Under the pieces are notes generated by a model. That model saw only the letters and a program-made list of their open reading frames with translations, was not told where the DNA came from and searched no databases. This document shows, piece after piece, positions 43,801 to 54,015 of a stretch of 64,000 nt of DNA. Origin of the DNA: Gammaproteobacteria bacterium (lineage in GTDB: Bacteria > Pseudomonadota > Gammaproteobacteria > SZUA-229); the NCBI GenBank assembly GCA_036567985.1, contig DATCTK010000012.1, forward strand, positions 15,973-79,972, given 5' to 3'. The first letter of the stretch is position 1, and the number at the start of each line of letters is the position of its first letter. The position numbers and the translations under genes are program-made.

Positions 43801-45396
43801 ATGTCTGAACTTATCCAGCAAATGCAGCGTCGTCGCACCTTTGCCATTATCTCCCACCCGGATGCGGGTAAAACCACCCTGACTGAAAAACTGCTGTTAT
43901 TCAGCGGTGCGATTCAGCTGGCGGGCACGGTAAAAGGCCGTAAGGCGGCACGGCATGCAACTTCCGACTGGATGGAGCTGGAAAAGCAACGGGGTATTTC
44001 GGTAACCTCATCGGTAATGCAGTTTCCCCATAATGACTGCATTATCAATTTACTGGACACACCAGGTCACGCCGACTTCTCCGAGGATACCTACCGCACC
44101 CTGACCGCGGTGGATTCGGCGCTGATGGTAATTGATGCCGCCAAGGGCGTTGAGGAACGCACCATCAAGTTAATGGATGTGTGTCGTTTGCGTGACACAC
44201 CGATTATTACCTTTGTTAATAAACTTGACCGCGAATCCCGTGAGCCGGTGGAGTTACTGGATGATGTGGAAAATATTCTGAACATTCAGTGTGCGCCCAT
44301 GACATGGCCAATTGGTATGGGCAAAAACTTCAAGGGTGTGTTCCATTTATATAACAACTGTGTTCATTTGTTTAGCGCAACCCACGGCGGAAAGATTCAA
44401 CAGGGCCAGGTTATCGAAGGGCTGGATAATCCCGAGCTGGATGAGCTGCTGGGCAGTATGGCGCAGGAACTGCGTGATGAAATAGAACTGGTGAAAGGTG
44501 CCAGCCACGAGTTTGATTTGCAGGCCTATCGTGAAGGCAGGTTAACGCCGGTATTTTTCGGCTCGGCCATTAATAATTTTGGTATCAGGGAATTGCTCGA
44601 CTCACTGGATGAGTTCGCACCACCGCCCAAAGCCCGTGATGCCGGTGCACGTATTGTCGAACCGGATGAAGAAAAGTTCACCGGTTTTGTATTCAAAATC
44701 CAGGCGAATATGGATCCACAGCACCGTGACCGGGTCGCCTTTATGCGGGTCTGCTCCGGCAAGTTTGAAAAGGGCATGAAAGTTAAACATGTGCGTATTC
44801 AGAAAGAGGTGAAACTGAATGACGCGGTTACCTTTATGGCCTCTGATCGCGGCCATGCGGATGTGGCTTACGCCGGTGATATTATCGGTATTCATAATCA
44901 TGGCACGATTCGCATTGGCGATACCTTTACCAAGGGTGAAGACCTGCAGTTTGCCGGCATTCCAAACTTCGCGCCCGAGCTGTTCCGTCGTGCGCAATTG
45001 CGTGATCCGTTGAAAATGAAGGCACTGCAAAAGGGTCTGATTCAGTTATGTGAAGAAGGTGCAACGCAGCTGTATCGTCCGCTGAATAATAATGACCTGA
45101 TTCTGGGTGCGGTGGGTGTGCTGCAGTTTGATGTGGTGGCGCACCGACTGCAACACGAGTACAACGTTGAATGCAGTTTTGAAAACGTCAGTGTAACCAC
45201 CGCGCGCTGGGTTGAATGTGATGATGAAAAAATGCTGAATCAGTTCAGGCAGAAAGCTTCACCCAATCTGGCACTCGATCATGCGGGGGACCTGGTCTAT
45301 ATCGCACCCACCCGGGTGAATCTGGATATGACCCAGGAACGCTGGCCGGATATTCGCTTCCTGGCAACCCGTGAACATGCCAGTTACGAACTGTAA
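43801..45396 (+). CDS. prfC: Peptide chain release factor 3
   Basis: [25 protein letters not shown]. Confidence 0.97.
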   Translation: MSELIQQMQRRRTFAIISHPDAGKTTLTEKLLLFSGAIQLAGTVKGRKAARHATSDWMELEKQRGISVTSSVMQFPHNDCIINLLDTPGHADFSEDTYRTLTAVDSALMVIDAAKGVEERTIKLMDVCRLRDTPIITFVNKLDRESREPVELLDDVENILNIQCAPMTWPIGMGKNFKGVFHLYNNCVHLFSATHGGKIQQGQVIEGLDNPELDELLGSMAQELRDEIELVKGASHEFDLQAYREGRLTPVFFGSAINNFGIRELLDSLDEFAPPPKARDAGARIVEPDEEKFTGFVFKIQANMDPQHRDRVAFMRVCSGKFEKGMKVKHVRIQKEVKLNDAVTFMASDRGHADVAYAGDIIGIHNHGTIRIGDTFTKGEDLQFAGIPNFAPELFRRAQLRDPLKMKALQKGLIQLCEEGATQLYRPLNNNDLILGAVGVLQFDVVAHRLQHEYNVECSFENVSVTTARWVECDDEKMLNQFRQKASPNLALDHAGDLVYIAPTRVNLDMTQERWPDIRFLATREHASYEL

Positions 45397-45401
45397 CTGT
45401 C

Positions 45402-46028
45402 TTATGACTGTGGCTGCTTGAGCGGCCGGTATTCAAATTCTTCTGCTTGCTGACCATCGAATAAACTGATGGTCAGTCCGCTGTCCGGGTAGAGCCAGTG
45501 GCGTTGCTGATCATCGACCTTGACTGTCTGTTGCGGTGCGCCAAAACGCTGGGTAATCAGTTCCTCACCGTATTGAATCGCCGGTTTATAGACTATGCGG
45601 GCAATCGGTGTCGACAGGTAATCCATTTCGGTGTCCGCTGGTAATTTATAAGTTTGCTGTCGCTGGCTGTTTTCTATCGCCACCAGATCTTTATGTAATT
45701 GTTCTAGCACTGCTGGCTCAAGCTGATAATAAAGCTCAAGGTCCGCTACAATTCCATCCATAACCAGTTCATTATAATGCGCGACCAGTACCGGTTGATT
45801 GCTTTCGTCGATTAGCAGCCGGGTGTCTGCAAAGCTGGCAAAAATCTGGTTGGCTTCCTGTATATTGCTTTTGCCCAGTGTCAGGCCAAACACCCGACTG
45901 GCGCCATTGTCCTGAATCTGAATATCCCAGGGCGTATAGTTTAGTTGTGTGTGTGGCTTGTACTGACCCAGCACCGCAATCATCATTGCGCTGCCTACCA
46001 TCAGAAAGATCAGAAAAGTCCGGTTCAT
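45402..46028 (-). CDS. Membrane-anchored hypothetical protein
   Basis: 208 aa ORF with one N-terminal TM segment, no overlap with neighbours. Confidence 0.7.
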   Translation of the reverse strand: MNRTFLIFLMVGSAMMIAVLGQYKPHTQLNYTPWDIQIQDNGASRVFGLTLGKSNIQEANQIFASFADTRLLIDESNQPVLVAHYNELVMDGIVADLELYYQLEPAVLEQLHKDLVAIENSQRQQTYKLPADTEMDYLSTPIARIVYKPAIQYGEELITQRFGAPQQTVKVDDQQRHWLYPDSGLTISLFDGQQAEEFEYRPLKQPQS

Positions 46029-46198
46029 AGAGTATTATCTTGTCGTTTGTTATGCTTAAACTGCAGATTCAGGTTTTAAAATAGCCTATATTGTCAGAAT
46101 ATACAAAGTCCAGCAGCGTTTGATGCATGGCTTAATGTGTATAGCACTGTATGCTTTAACCAGTTGCGGTGATTATTCAATCCGGAAGTAAAATAATT

Positions 46199-47452
46199 AT
46201 GTATAAAAATAAATCGGTGATTGGCTGGGCATTTTATGACTGGGCTAACTCAGTGTTTGTAACCGTGGTGATTGCCGGTTTTTTCCCGATTGTATTCAAG
46301 TCTTACTGGGCAAGTGATTTGCCCAGCTCGGAAAGTACCTTCTGGCTAGGACTGGGCAATGCACTGGCCAGTCTGGTGGTGGTGATTATTGCGCCCTTGC
46401 TGGGTGCTGCAGGTGATAAATACCATCTGCGCAAGCCGATGTTGCTGGGTTTGATGTTGATCGGTGTGATTACCACCGCAGCCCTGAGTCAGTCAGCGAT
46501 GGGGCACTGGCAAATGGTGCTTGCATTGTATGTGATTGCAAGTATCGGTTTTATGGCGGCGAATGTATTTTACGATGCGTTGCTGGTGCCACTCAGTGCT
46601 AGTGCACAGGTGGATAAGGTGTCCGGTCTGGGCTATGGCATGGGATATCTGGGTGGCGGCATTGCACTGGCCGGCTGTGTCTATCTGAGCCAGCAACCCC
46701 AGTTGCTGGGTTATACCGACAGCATAGATGCTGTTCTGTTCTGTTTTATCCTGGTGGCGCTGTGGTGGTTTGTATTCAGTCTGCCATTGGCAATGTGGAC
46801 TAAAGATGGCCCGCGATTACAGAATGCAGAAAACAGTTCGGTGTTTGCAACAACGCTGCGCGCATTCAAGATGGCTTTCTCGAATCGTGAAGTCAGGCTG
46901 TTTCTGATTGCTTACTGGATTTATATCGATGGCGTGGACACGATTATCCGCATGGCGGTGGATTACGGCATGGCGCTGGGTTTCGAATCCAATGATCTGA
47001 TTATTGCCCTGCTGATCACTCAATTTGTCGGCTTTCCGGCCGCTATAGTTTATGGGTATATCGGTGCCAAGGTAGGGGTTAAAACCTCGATAATGGCCGG
47101 CATAGGCGTGTATGCACTGATTACCCTGCTTGGTTATTCAATGACAACCGTAGCCGACTTTTATACCCTGGCGGTCTTGATCGGCCTGGTGCAGGGCGGT
47201 GTGCAGGCGATGAGCCGTTCGTTTTATGCGCGTATGGTGCCTGCGGACAAGTCTGCAGAATATTTTGGTATTTATAATATGCTGGGTAAGTCTGCAGCGA
47301 TTATTGGCCCCCTGCTAATGGGGCTGGTGGCATTGATTACCGATAATCACCGTTACTCAATACTGTCGCTGCTGGTTTTGTTTGTGCTGGGAGCGATACT
47401 GTTATCACAGGTCAGAGATCCACGGCAGAATACCGTTAGAACAGGCGAGTAG
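46199..47452 (+). CDS. MFS transporter, UMF1/Atg22-like
   Basis: GWAFYDWANS, FYDALL, DGVDTI, QAMSRS; multiple TM helices. Confidence 0.85.
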   Translation: MYKNKSVIGWAFYDWANSVFVTVVIAGFFPIVFKSYWASDLPSSESTFWLGLGNALASLVVVIIAPLLGAAGDKYHLRKPMLLGLMLIGVITTAALSQSAMGHWQMVLALYVIASIGFMAANVFYDALLVPLSASAQVDKVSGLGYGMGYLGGGIALAGCVYLSQQPQLLGYTDSIDAVLFCFILVALWWFVFSLPLAMWTKDGPRLQNAENSSVFATTLRAFKMAFSNREVRLFLIAYWIYIDGVDTIIRMAVDYGMALGFESNDLIIALLITQFVGFPAAIVYGYIGAKVGVKTSIMAGIGVYALITLLGYSMTTVADFYTLAVLIGLVQGGVQAMSRSFYARMVPADKSAEYFGIYNMLGKSAAIIGPLLMGLVALITDNHRYSILSLLVLFVLGAILLSQVRDPRQNTVRTGE

Positions 47453-47525
47453 TCTGCAGCAGGTGAAGTCACCGCAGTGATGACTGCACAGGAGATCAGC
47501 ACAGTATGATAAAGGCACACAGCTG

Positions 47526-50216
47526 ATGGATATCGCCGATATTCGCGATCTATATCTGAAGTGGAACCAGCAGCAGATTGATTACCTCTCGACAGAGCTG
47601 GGTGATGAGGCTGCGAATATGGTTCGACTGCTGCCGTTATTGCTGCACATTAATAACCGATTCCTGCCCGGTTATATATCGATGGACACACCGATTGGTA
47701 TCAAGTCTTATAAACCGGGCGCAGATGTGCTGAATACTGCACGTCAACTCAACGACAAGTTCAGGTATAACCCGGAAGATACCATTGATACCTATGTGAT
47801 CGATGGCCTGTATTTTCAGTCATCATTGTTACAGAAAAACCTGCAATGCTGGGTATTCAGAAAAGATGATCTTACGGATATCCAGATTGGCTTGCTGCAG
47901 GACAAGCTGCATAAACTGAGCGACTGGTATCAGTCGCGGCAGTTAATGATCAGATTTAATTTTGTAGACCAGGCAACGTTCAGGCAAGGCCCGGATTCCC
48001 CCGGCTATGAGTACAGCACGCTGTGGCTGGATTATTTTTACAGTGAAAGTCGACTACTGGCAGGTAAATACCCGCTGTGGTGGGTGGTGCCGCCAGAGCG
48101 CGAAAATGAATATGATGCCTACCTGCAATACGTTCGTGACAGGCGGTTTATTGAAGGCGAATACCTGGATCTGGGTAATGCCAGTGATTACCATGTCACC
48201 GATGTACTGCGTTATGCAATCAGCCTGGTTCAGCAGGTTAAAAAACAACCGGAACTGTGCCTGTTTAACCTGCTGCCGATGGCGCAGAAGGCCGCTGCGT
48301 CGCCACAGCATGACGGCGTGGCGATACGTATCAAGCAGTCCATCTATCAGGGCGAAGTGCCGCCAGCGGCAGTCGAAGTCATGTCACAGTTGCTTGAATC
48401 CGCCCTTAGTCGCGACGCTTCAGCACAGAGTGGTGTCCTCGCCAGCTCACCGGCACGGATCATTTCACAGTTAAGAAAAGTGTCCGCCAGTCTTAATCCG
48501 TTCCTGCTGGATAATTTGCTGGGCGACTCCTGGCAACCGGCTTCCAGGGTCTATGGATTTGATAATGTTATCGCCCATCTCAATCTTTACAAAACCATTT
48601 CACGAAAAATTAATCGCCTGTTCGCCAGCATACTTGATAACACTATGGGGCATGGTAACGCTGAAGCTACCGTAGACGGGCTTGTAGATACAGCGAAAAA
48701 CATGCAGGACTTCCTGCAGGAAAGCCCGGGCCGGGTGCCGCTTTACAGCGGTAAAAATACAACGGGAGTTGTGTTCGAACGAATTCAGCTGCGCCATGAA
48801 AAGGCTGAACAGGACCAATGGAGTCTTGTGTTGTATGATGCTGAAGATGTAGAAAAAGTCATAGAAAATTTTTCCAGTGTGCTCAGCCTGTTAGCCTGGT
48901 GCTGGCTGAACCGCCTGGTGGATCAGTCTACCCAGGTTTCGGTAGATTGTCCGAGGCGGGAAATAAAGCAGATTGAAGCCCGCTATGTGCTGGAAATTCT
49001 GATACAGAAAATGGCGCCAGAGCGGGTTTATGATATCCCTCTAGAGGCCTTTGAACATCCGCCGCGTCCCGTGCAGTCATTACTGTTTGTAAATTTTCTC
49101 AGTCTGGATAAGACAGGTAATGCATTGCTTGAAAACGACGATCCATTCGACCTGGTATCGTCTTCTGATCGTCTCAGCAGTCATTGTGAACAGTTGATAG
49201 TGAATAGCTGGGGCGATGTATTCAGTCAACAATACAATGGCAATACGGGAATCATTGAGTGTCTGTGTGACTGGCTACAATCTGCATCCGTCGACAGGCT
49301 TTCACTGCCGCAGCGCATGGAAATATTTGGCCATGGCACGGCGGACAGTACCTATCTGTCGTTACGGGTGACGCAGGTTTACAATGAAATGCAGGCATTT
49401 TTTCTGCGTAATAGAATACCGGGTGGGCGATTTATCCTGCGGCTGGGTAATGAGTATTATCAGGTGCAGCAACAGGGGGAAATTATTCGGCCAGAAAAAA
49501 TTGGTAGCCATGATCGTCTGTTGCACTATCTTGAACGTGCTTCAACGGGTTTTCTCAGTACAGGCTTTGAGACTCTGGCGTTTCCACAGGAACCGTTGAA
49601 AGATATTTATCGACGTAATAAGGCGGACACGGTACAGGTGTTTTACCGGGTTATCGGTCGCGGTGCGATCTGCTGGGTGCTGGACGAACGGGGCAGTTTA
49701 TGGCGTGATGAAGTTCGCCTGTTTGATCGGGAAAGCTTTGTTTCGCAGTGGCTCTATCTGTACCGTAATCTGCGTAAGCGACTTAAAAATTTGATGCGCC
49801 TGGAAACCGAACCGCCACTGCTGGAAATCCAGCAGATCAGTTTCAATCAGCTGGGCGGGATGGAGTTCTACCCGGTAGGCGCAGAAGGTGTGTCGGCCTA
49901 TAAAACATTTTTTGAACTACAGCTGCAGATAGTCGAGGTACAGCAGACTGAACAGTTGAGCCTGCGCTGTGATGGTCGCTGGTTCAGTTATGAAGAATTT
50001 GGTGAAAAGGCCCTGCTTGAGTGCGCCAGATACCTGTCTGGCAAGATGCACAGTATTCGTTCACGACCTTTTTATATTACCGATGTGGATGCACCTCTGT
50101 CGCTGTTTGATGTGCAGCAGCCAGCGGATCTGCAGTTCATTCATCTGCTAAAAATAAAGCGAACCATTGAGCATAAACTCTACAGTTTGTTGCGCACACA
50201 GCTGGTCTCTGCCTGA
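47526..50216 (+). CDS. Class I adenylate cyclase homolog with a degenerate active site
   Basis: LLPLLLH.N...PGY, LLAGKYPLWWVVP, NSWGDV; catalytic DxD replaced by NLQ. Confidence 0.75.
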   Translation: MDIADIRDLYLKWNQQQIDYLSTELGDEAANMVRLLPLLLHINNRFLPGYISMDTPIGIKSYKPGADVLNTARQLNDKFRYNPEDTIDTYVIDGLYFQSSLLQKNLQCWVFRKDDLTDIQIGLLQDKLHKLSDWYQSRQLMIRFNFVDQATFRQGPDSPGYEYSTLWLDYFYSESRLLAGKYPLWWVVPPERENEYDAYLQYVRDRRFIEGEYLDLGNASDYHVTDVLRYAISLVQQVKKQPELCLFNLLPMAQKAAASPQHDGVAIRIKQSIYQGEVPPAAVEVMSQLLESALSRDASAQSGVLASSPARIISQLRKVSASLNPFLLDNLLGDSWQPASRVYGFDNVIAHLNLYKTISRKINRLFASILDNTMGHGNAEATVDGLVDTAKNMQDFLQESPGRVPLYSGKNTTGVVFERIQLRHEKAEQDQWSLVLYDAEDVEKVIENFSSVLSLLAWCWLNRLVDQSTQVSVDCPRREIKQIEARYVLEILIQKMAPERVYDIPLEAFEHPPRPVQSLLFVNFLSLDKTGNALLENDDPFDLVSSSDRLSSHCEQLIVNSWGDVFSQQYNGNTGIIECLCDWLQSASVDRLSLPQRMEIFGHGTADSTYLSLRVTQVYNEMQAFFLRNRIPGGRFILRLGNEYYQVQQQGEIIRPEKIGSHDRLLHYLERASTGFLSTGFETLAFPQEPLKDIYRRNKADTVQVFYRVIGRGAICWVLDERGSLWRDEVRLFDRESFVSQWLYLYRNLRKRLKNLMRLETEPPLLEIQQISFNQLGGMEFYPVGAEGVSAYKTFFELQLQIVEVQQTEQLSLRCDGRWFSYEEFGEKALLECARYLSGKMHSIRSRPFYITDVDAPLSLFDVQQPADLQFIHLLKIKRTIEHKLYSLLRTQLVSA

Positions 50217-50231
50217 GCAGGTCGTAGCTGG

Positions 50232-50792
50232 TTAATGTGAATCCAGCTTGCTCAGTTCATTCAGTATCGCCACCACCAGCGACTCACCCTGCGGGCCGAT
50301 TTTGTCACACAGCCTGTCTACATCACGCTCCCCATCCACCATGGGTTTTATCAGGGTGCTGAAGCGCGCCAGGTCACCCTGGGTGTTGGACATGGCTTCT
50401 GCCATTTGACCGAGCATGCTCAGTGCATTGCTATCGCCCTTGCTGGCGCCACTGATCAGCTGTGCCAGCATCGGTGCCGCCAGTGTGGGGTCTGCCTCCT
50501 GGTTTGGATCGGGCAGGGTGGATGGGTCCTGAATGCCGCGCAGTATGGCATCGACAATCACCTGGTCTTCCTCATCCAGACCTTTCAGAATACTGCTGTC
50601 CCGCTGCCCCTTGAGTACCTTGCGAATCGCCGCCACCAGATTACCCCAGCCATTTTCTTCCGAGGCTTTTAATACCTGTTCAAGTCCGGGGCGCAAAGAG
50701 GTATCACTGATCGAGTTCACCACATTGACAATCAGCGGTGCATGAAATGTGGTGATTTGTTGTTTCTTTTCTGCAGCAATATTCATAAGCAT
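50232..50792 (-). CDS. Hypothetical helical protein with an internal duplication
   Basis: 186 aa ORF directly downstream of valS; two GxRD...AIL segments. Confidence 0.7.
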   Translation of the reverse strand: MLMNIAAEKKQQITTFHAPLIVNVVNSISDTSLRPGLEQVLKASEENGWGNLVAAIRKVLKGQRDSSILKGLDEEDQVIVDAILRGIQDPSTLPDPNQEADPTLAAPMLAQLISGASKGDSNALSMLGQMAEAMSNTQGDLARFSTLIKPMVDGERDVDRLCDKIGPQGESLVVAILNELSKLDSH

Positions 50793-50815
50793 CTCGTTCC
50801 AGGGTTCTGTGCGGA

Positions 50816-53587
50816 TTACAGCGCGGCAATTTTTTCCAGCTGCTGTTTCAGGTTGCTCAGCGCGGATGCCATCTCGGCGGCGCGCTCACGTTCCTTGTTT
50901 ACCACAGCCTCGGGTGCCTTATCAACAAAGCCGGGGTTATCGAGTTTGCTGCTGGTTTTTTCCAGGTTGCTTTGCAGTTTGCTGATTTCCTTGTTAAGGC
51001 GCGCCATTTCGGCATCCTTGTCAATCAGCCCCGCCAGCGGAATCAGAACTTTCATTTCACCCACCAGTGCGGTGGAAGATTCCGGTGCATTATCGCTGTT
51101 GCTGATAAAGTCTACTGATTGCAGCTTGGCCAGGCTGAAAATAAACGCCTCGTTATTCTGGTAGCGCTGCCTGTCATCATCGCTGGCATTCTGCAGAATC
51201 ACCGGCAGTGCCTTGCCCGGTGCAATGTCACTTTCCGAACGAATGCGGCGCACGCCCATTACAAACTGCTTTAGCCATTCCAGTTCTTCTTCCGCAGCGG
51301 CGTCTATCAGTGTTTCGTCTGCCTCAGGGTAGGCCTGCAGCATAATGGTTTCATTTTCGATGCCCGCCAGCGGTGCGACACGTTGCCACAGTTCTTCGGT
51401 GATAAACGGCATTAACGGATGATTCAGGCGCAGAATGCTTTCCAGTACCTGAACCAGCGTCTGGCGCGCACCGCGTTTCTGCTCTGCAGTGAAATGATCT
51501 TTCATCAGCACCGGTTTGCAGAGTTCCAGGTACCAGTCGCAGTAATCGTCCCAGACAAAGGCATAGAGTTCCTGCGCTGCCAGGTCAAAACGGTAGGCAT
51601 TGAAGTGGCGATGCACATCGGCAATTACCCGCTGCAGGCGCGAGCGAATCCAGCGATCCGCCAGTGAATAGCTGCAGTCGGCATTATCAATACCGGTGTC
51701 CTGATCTTCGGTGTTCATCAGCACATAGCGGGTGGCATTCCAGATTTTATTGCAGAAGTTACGGTTGCCGGCAATGCGGTCCGGTGACAGCACCACGTCG
51801 CGGCCGCTGGTGGCCTGCGAGGCAAAGGTAAAACGCAGCGCATCGGTGCCCAGCGCGGGAATGCCGTCGGGGAACTGTTTGCGCGTGGCTTTTTCGATTT
51901 TTGCTGCCATCTGCGGCTGCATCAAACCGCTGGTGCGTTTGGCCACCAGTGATTCCAGGTCGATGCCGTCAATAATATCAATCGGGTCGAGTACATTGCC
52001 CTTGGACTTGGACATTTTCTGCCCATCTGCATCGCGTACCAGACCGTGGATATAGATTTCCTTAAACGGCACCTGATCCATAAACTTCAGGCCGAACATA
52101 ATCATTCGCGCCACCCAGAAGAAAATAATGTCAAAGCCGGTGACCAGTACACTGGTCGGGTAGAACTGTTGTAAACGCCCGGTTTTTTCCGGCCAGCCCA
52201 GGGTGGAAAATGGCCAGAGTGCTGAGGAGAACCAGGTGTCGAGTACGTCTTCGTCCTGGGTCAGTTGCAGCGAGTCATCCAGCTGGTACTTTTTGCGTGC
52301 CTCGGCTTCATTGTCCGCCACATAGATATTGCCGTCATTGTCATACCAGGCGGGGATGCGGTGGCCCCACCAGATCTGCCGCGAAATGCACCAGTCCTGG
52401 ATATTGTTCATCCACTCGAAATAGGTTTTGTCCCAGTTTTCCGGTACAAATTTAATATCACCGTTCTTTACCGCATCGATCGCGGGCTGGGCCAGGGGCG
52501 CGATTTTTACATACCACTGATCGGTGAGGTAGGGTTCCACCACCGAGCCGGAGCGATCACCGCGTGGCACCATCAGCTTGTGGTCTTTAACGTCAGCCAG
52601 CAGGCCCAGTTCTTTTAAATCGTGCACGATCATGTCGCGGGCTTCGTAGCGGTCCTTGCCCCGGTATTTTTCCGGCGCCTGGTCATTGATGCAGGCATCC
52701 ACGGTGAGGATATTGTACATCGGCAGGTCGTGGCGCTTGCCCATTTCATAGTCGTTGAAATCGTGGGCCGGGGTGATCTTGACGCAGCCGGTACCGAATT
52801 CCATATCCACGTAGTCATCGGCGATAATCGGAATTTCACGGCCCACCAGGGGCAGGGTGATGGTCTTGCCGATCATGTCCTGGTAGCGCTCATCGTCCGG
52901 GTGTACCGCCACCGCCGAGTCCCCCAGCATGGTTTCCGGGCGGGTGGTGGCCACCACCAGCTGGCCCGAACCATCAGTGAGCGGGTAGCTGAAATGCCAC
53001 AGATGGCCGGATTCTTCCTCGGAAATAACTTCCAGGTCGGACAGCGCAGTGTGCAGAATCGGATCCCAGTTCACCAGGCGTTTGCCACGGTAAATCAGGC
53101 CTTCGTCATACAGATGGATAAACACCTTATGCACCGCATCCGACAGGCCTTCGTCCATGGTGAAACGCTCATGTTCCCAGTCCAGTGAGCCACCCATGCG
53201 GCGCAGCTGTTGAGTGATTGAACCACCGGATTGCTGTTTCCAGTCCCAGACCTTTTCAATAAAGGCATCGCGGCCAAGGTCGTGGCGGGATTTGCCATCG
53301 GCTGCCAGTTGGCGCTCCACCACCATCTGTGTGGCAATGCCCGCGTGGTCGGTGCCCGCCTGCCACAGGGTGTTATCCCCCTGCATGCGGTGGTAGCGAA
53401 TCAGCGCATCCATAATGGTGTCCTGGAAGGCATGGCCCATGTGCAGTGTGCCGGTGACATTGGGTGGCGGAATCATAATGCAGTAGTTGGCTGCATCTGG
53501 GTTGGTGCCGGGGGCAAAATAGCCGCGTTCTTCCCAGCTTTGATACCACTTCTGTTCGATTGACTGCGGGTTGTAGGTTGTTTCCAT
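50816..53587 (-). CDS. valS: Valine-tRNA ligase
   Basis: [25 protein letters not shown]-terminal coiled coil. Confidence 0.97.
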   Translation of the reverse strand: METTYNPQSIEQKWYQSWEERGYFAPGTNPDAANYCIMIPPPNVTGTLHMGHAFQDTIMDALIRYHRMQGDNTLWQAGTDHAGIATQMVVERQLAADGKSRHDLGRDAFIEKVWDWKQQSGGSITQQLRRMGGSLDWEHERFTMDEGLSDAVHKVFIHLYDEGLIYRGKRLVNWDPILHTALSDLEVISEEESGHLWHFSYPLTDGSGQLVVATTRPETMLGDSAVAVHPDDERYQDMIGKTITLPLVGREIPIIADDYVDMEFGTGCVKITPAHDFNDYEMGKRHDLPMYNILTVDACINDQAPEKYRGKDRYEARDMIVHDLKELGLLADVKDHKLMVPRGDRSGSVVEPYLTDQWYVKIAPLAQPAIDAVKNGDIKFVPENWDKTYFEWMNNIQDWCISRQIWWGHRIPAWYDNDGNIYVADNEAEARKKYQLDDSLQLTQDEDVLDTWFSSALWPFSTLGWPEKTGRLQQFYPTSVLVTGFDIIFFWVARMIMFGLKFMDQVPFKEIYIHGLVRDADGQKMSKSKGNVLDPIDIIDGIDLESLVAKRTSGLMQPQMAAKIEKATRKQFPDGIPALGTDALRFTFASQATSGRDVVLSPDRIAGNRNFCNKIWNATRYVLMNTEDQDTGIDNADCSYSLADRWIRSRLQRVIADVHRHFNAYRFDLAAQELYAFVWDDYCDWYLELCKPVLMKDHFTAEQKRGARQTLVQVLESILRLNHPLMPFITEELWQRVAPLAGIENETIMLQAYPEADETLIDAAAEEELEWLKQFVMGVRRIRSESDIAPGKALPVILQNASDDDRQRYQNNEAFIFSLAKLQSVDFISNSDNAPESSTALVGEMKVLIPLAGLIDKDAEMARLNKEISKLQSNLEKTSSKLDNPGFVDKAPEAVVNKERERAAEMASALSNLKQQLEKIAAL

Positions 53588-53706
53588 GGATGTACTGACT
53601 TGCTAGCAAAAAGAAGGCGAATTATAGCCTATGTGGTGCGGCAGTCGTAGGTGGCAGAGGGGCTAATTTGCGGTGATTCTGTGCCGATGGGCAGTCTGTG
53701 TGTTTG

Positions 53707-53810
53707 AAAAAGAAAACGCAAATGAACGCGAATTAACGCAAATAGACGCGATAGAAAGCCTTATCCAGGTCCGTATTGGCGTTAATTCGCGTTGTTCGCG
53801 TTTTCTTTTC
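53707..53810. repeat. AAAAGAAAACGC-(RAATRAACGC)n palindromic element
   Basis: 53707-53750 is an imperfect inversion of 53774-53809; same arms as 11781-12014. Confidence 0.75.
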
Positions 53811-53813
53811 AGC

Positions 53814-53940
53814 TTTTGACTAACGACATCTGACCCAGGACTAACGACTGATTACCTGCCTCTCACGAAATACCGTACATCCTGTACATCTTTGCTCCCG
53901 GCATCCCTGCCTCCCGCAAAATACCATGCATCCAGCATAT
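53814..53940 (-). repeat. Terminator-anchored GGA-hairpin repeat, copy E
   Basis: Minus strand: AUGC-UGGAU-GCAU, GGCA-GGGA-UGCC, GUACA-GGA-UGUAC, then gtcgttagtc tails. Confidence 0.85.
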
Positions 53941-53970
53941 AAAAAAAGCCACGCTCTAAGAGCGTGGCTT
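53941..53970 (-). terminator. Intrinsic terminator of phoX
   Basis: aagccacgctct-ta-agagcgtggctt stem with a T7 run on the minus strand. Confidence 0.85.
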
Positions 53971-54015
53971 CGGCCTTGCGGCAATCATCCCTGTGATAAT
54001 CATTCCTGAGACGGA

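Noticed and set aside
47484-47503. gcacaggag upstream of the cyaA-like gene as another repeat copy
   Set aside because: Only 9 bp match, with no closing stem or flanking module; at most a lone CsrA or SD-like site
52836-52848. 13-bp match to the tRNA-Lys 3' end (tcacggcccacca) as an attR site
   Set aside because: Lies within valS coding for conserved LVGRE; no integrase; the intervening DNA is mostly housekeeping
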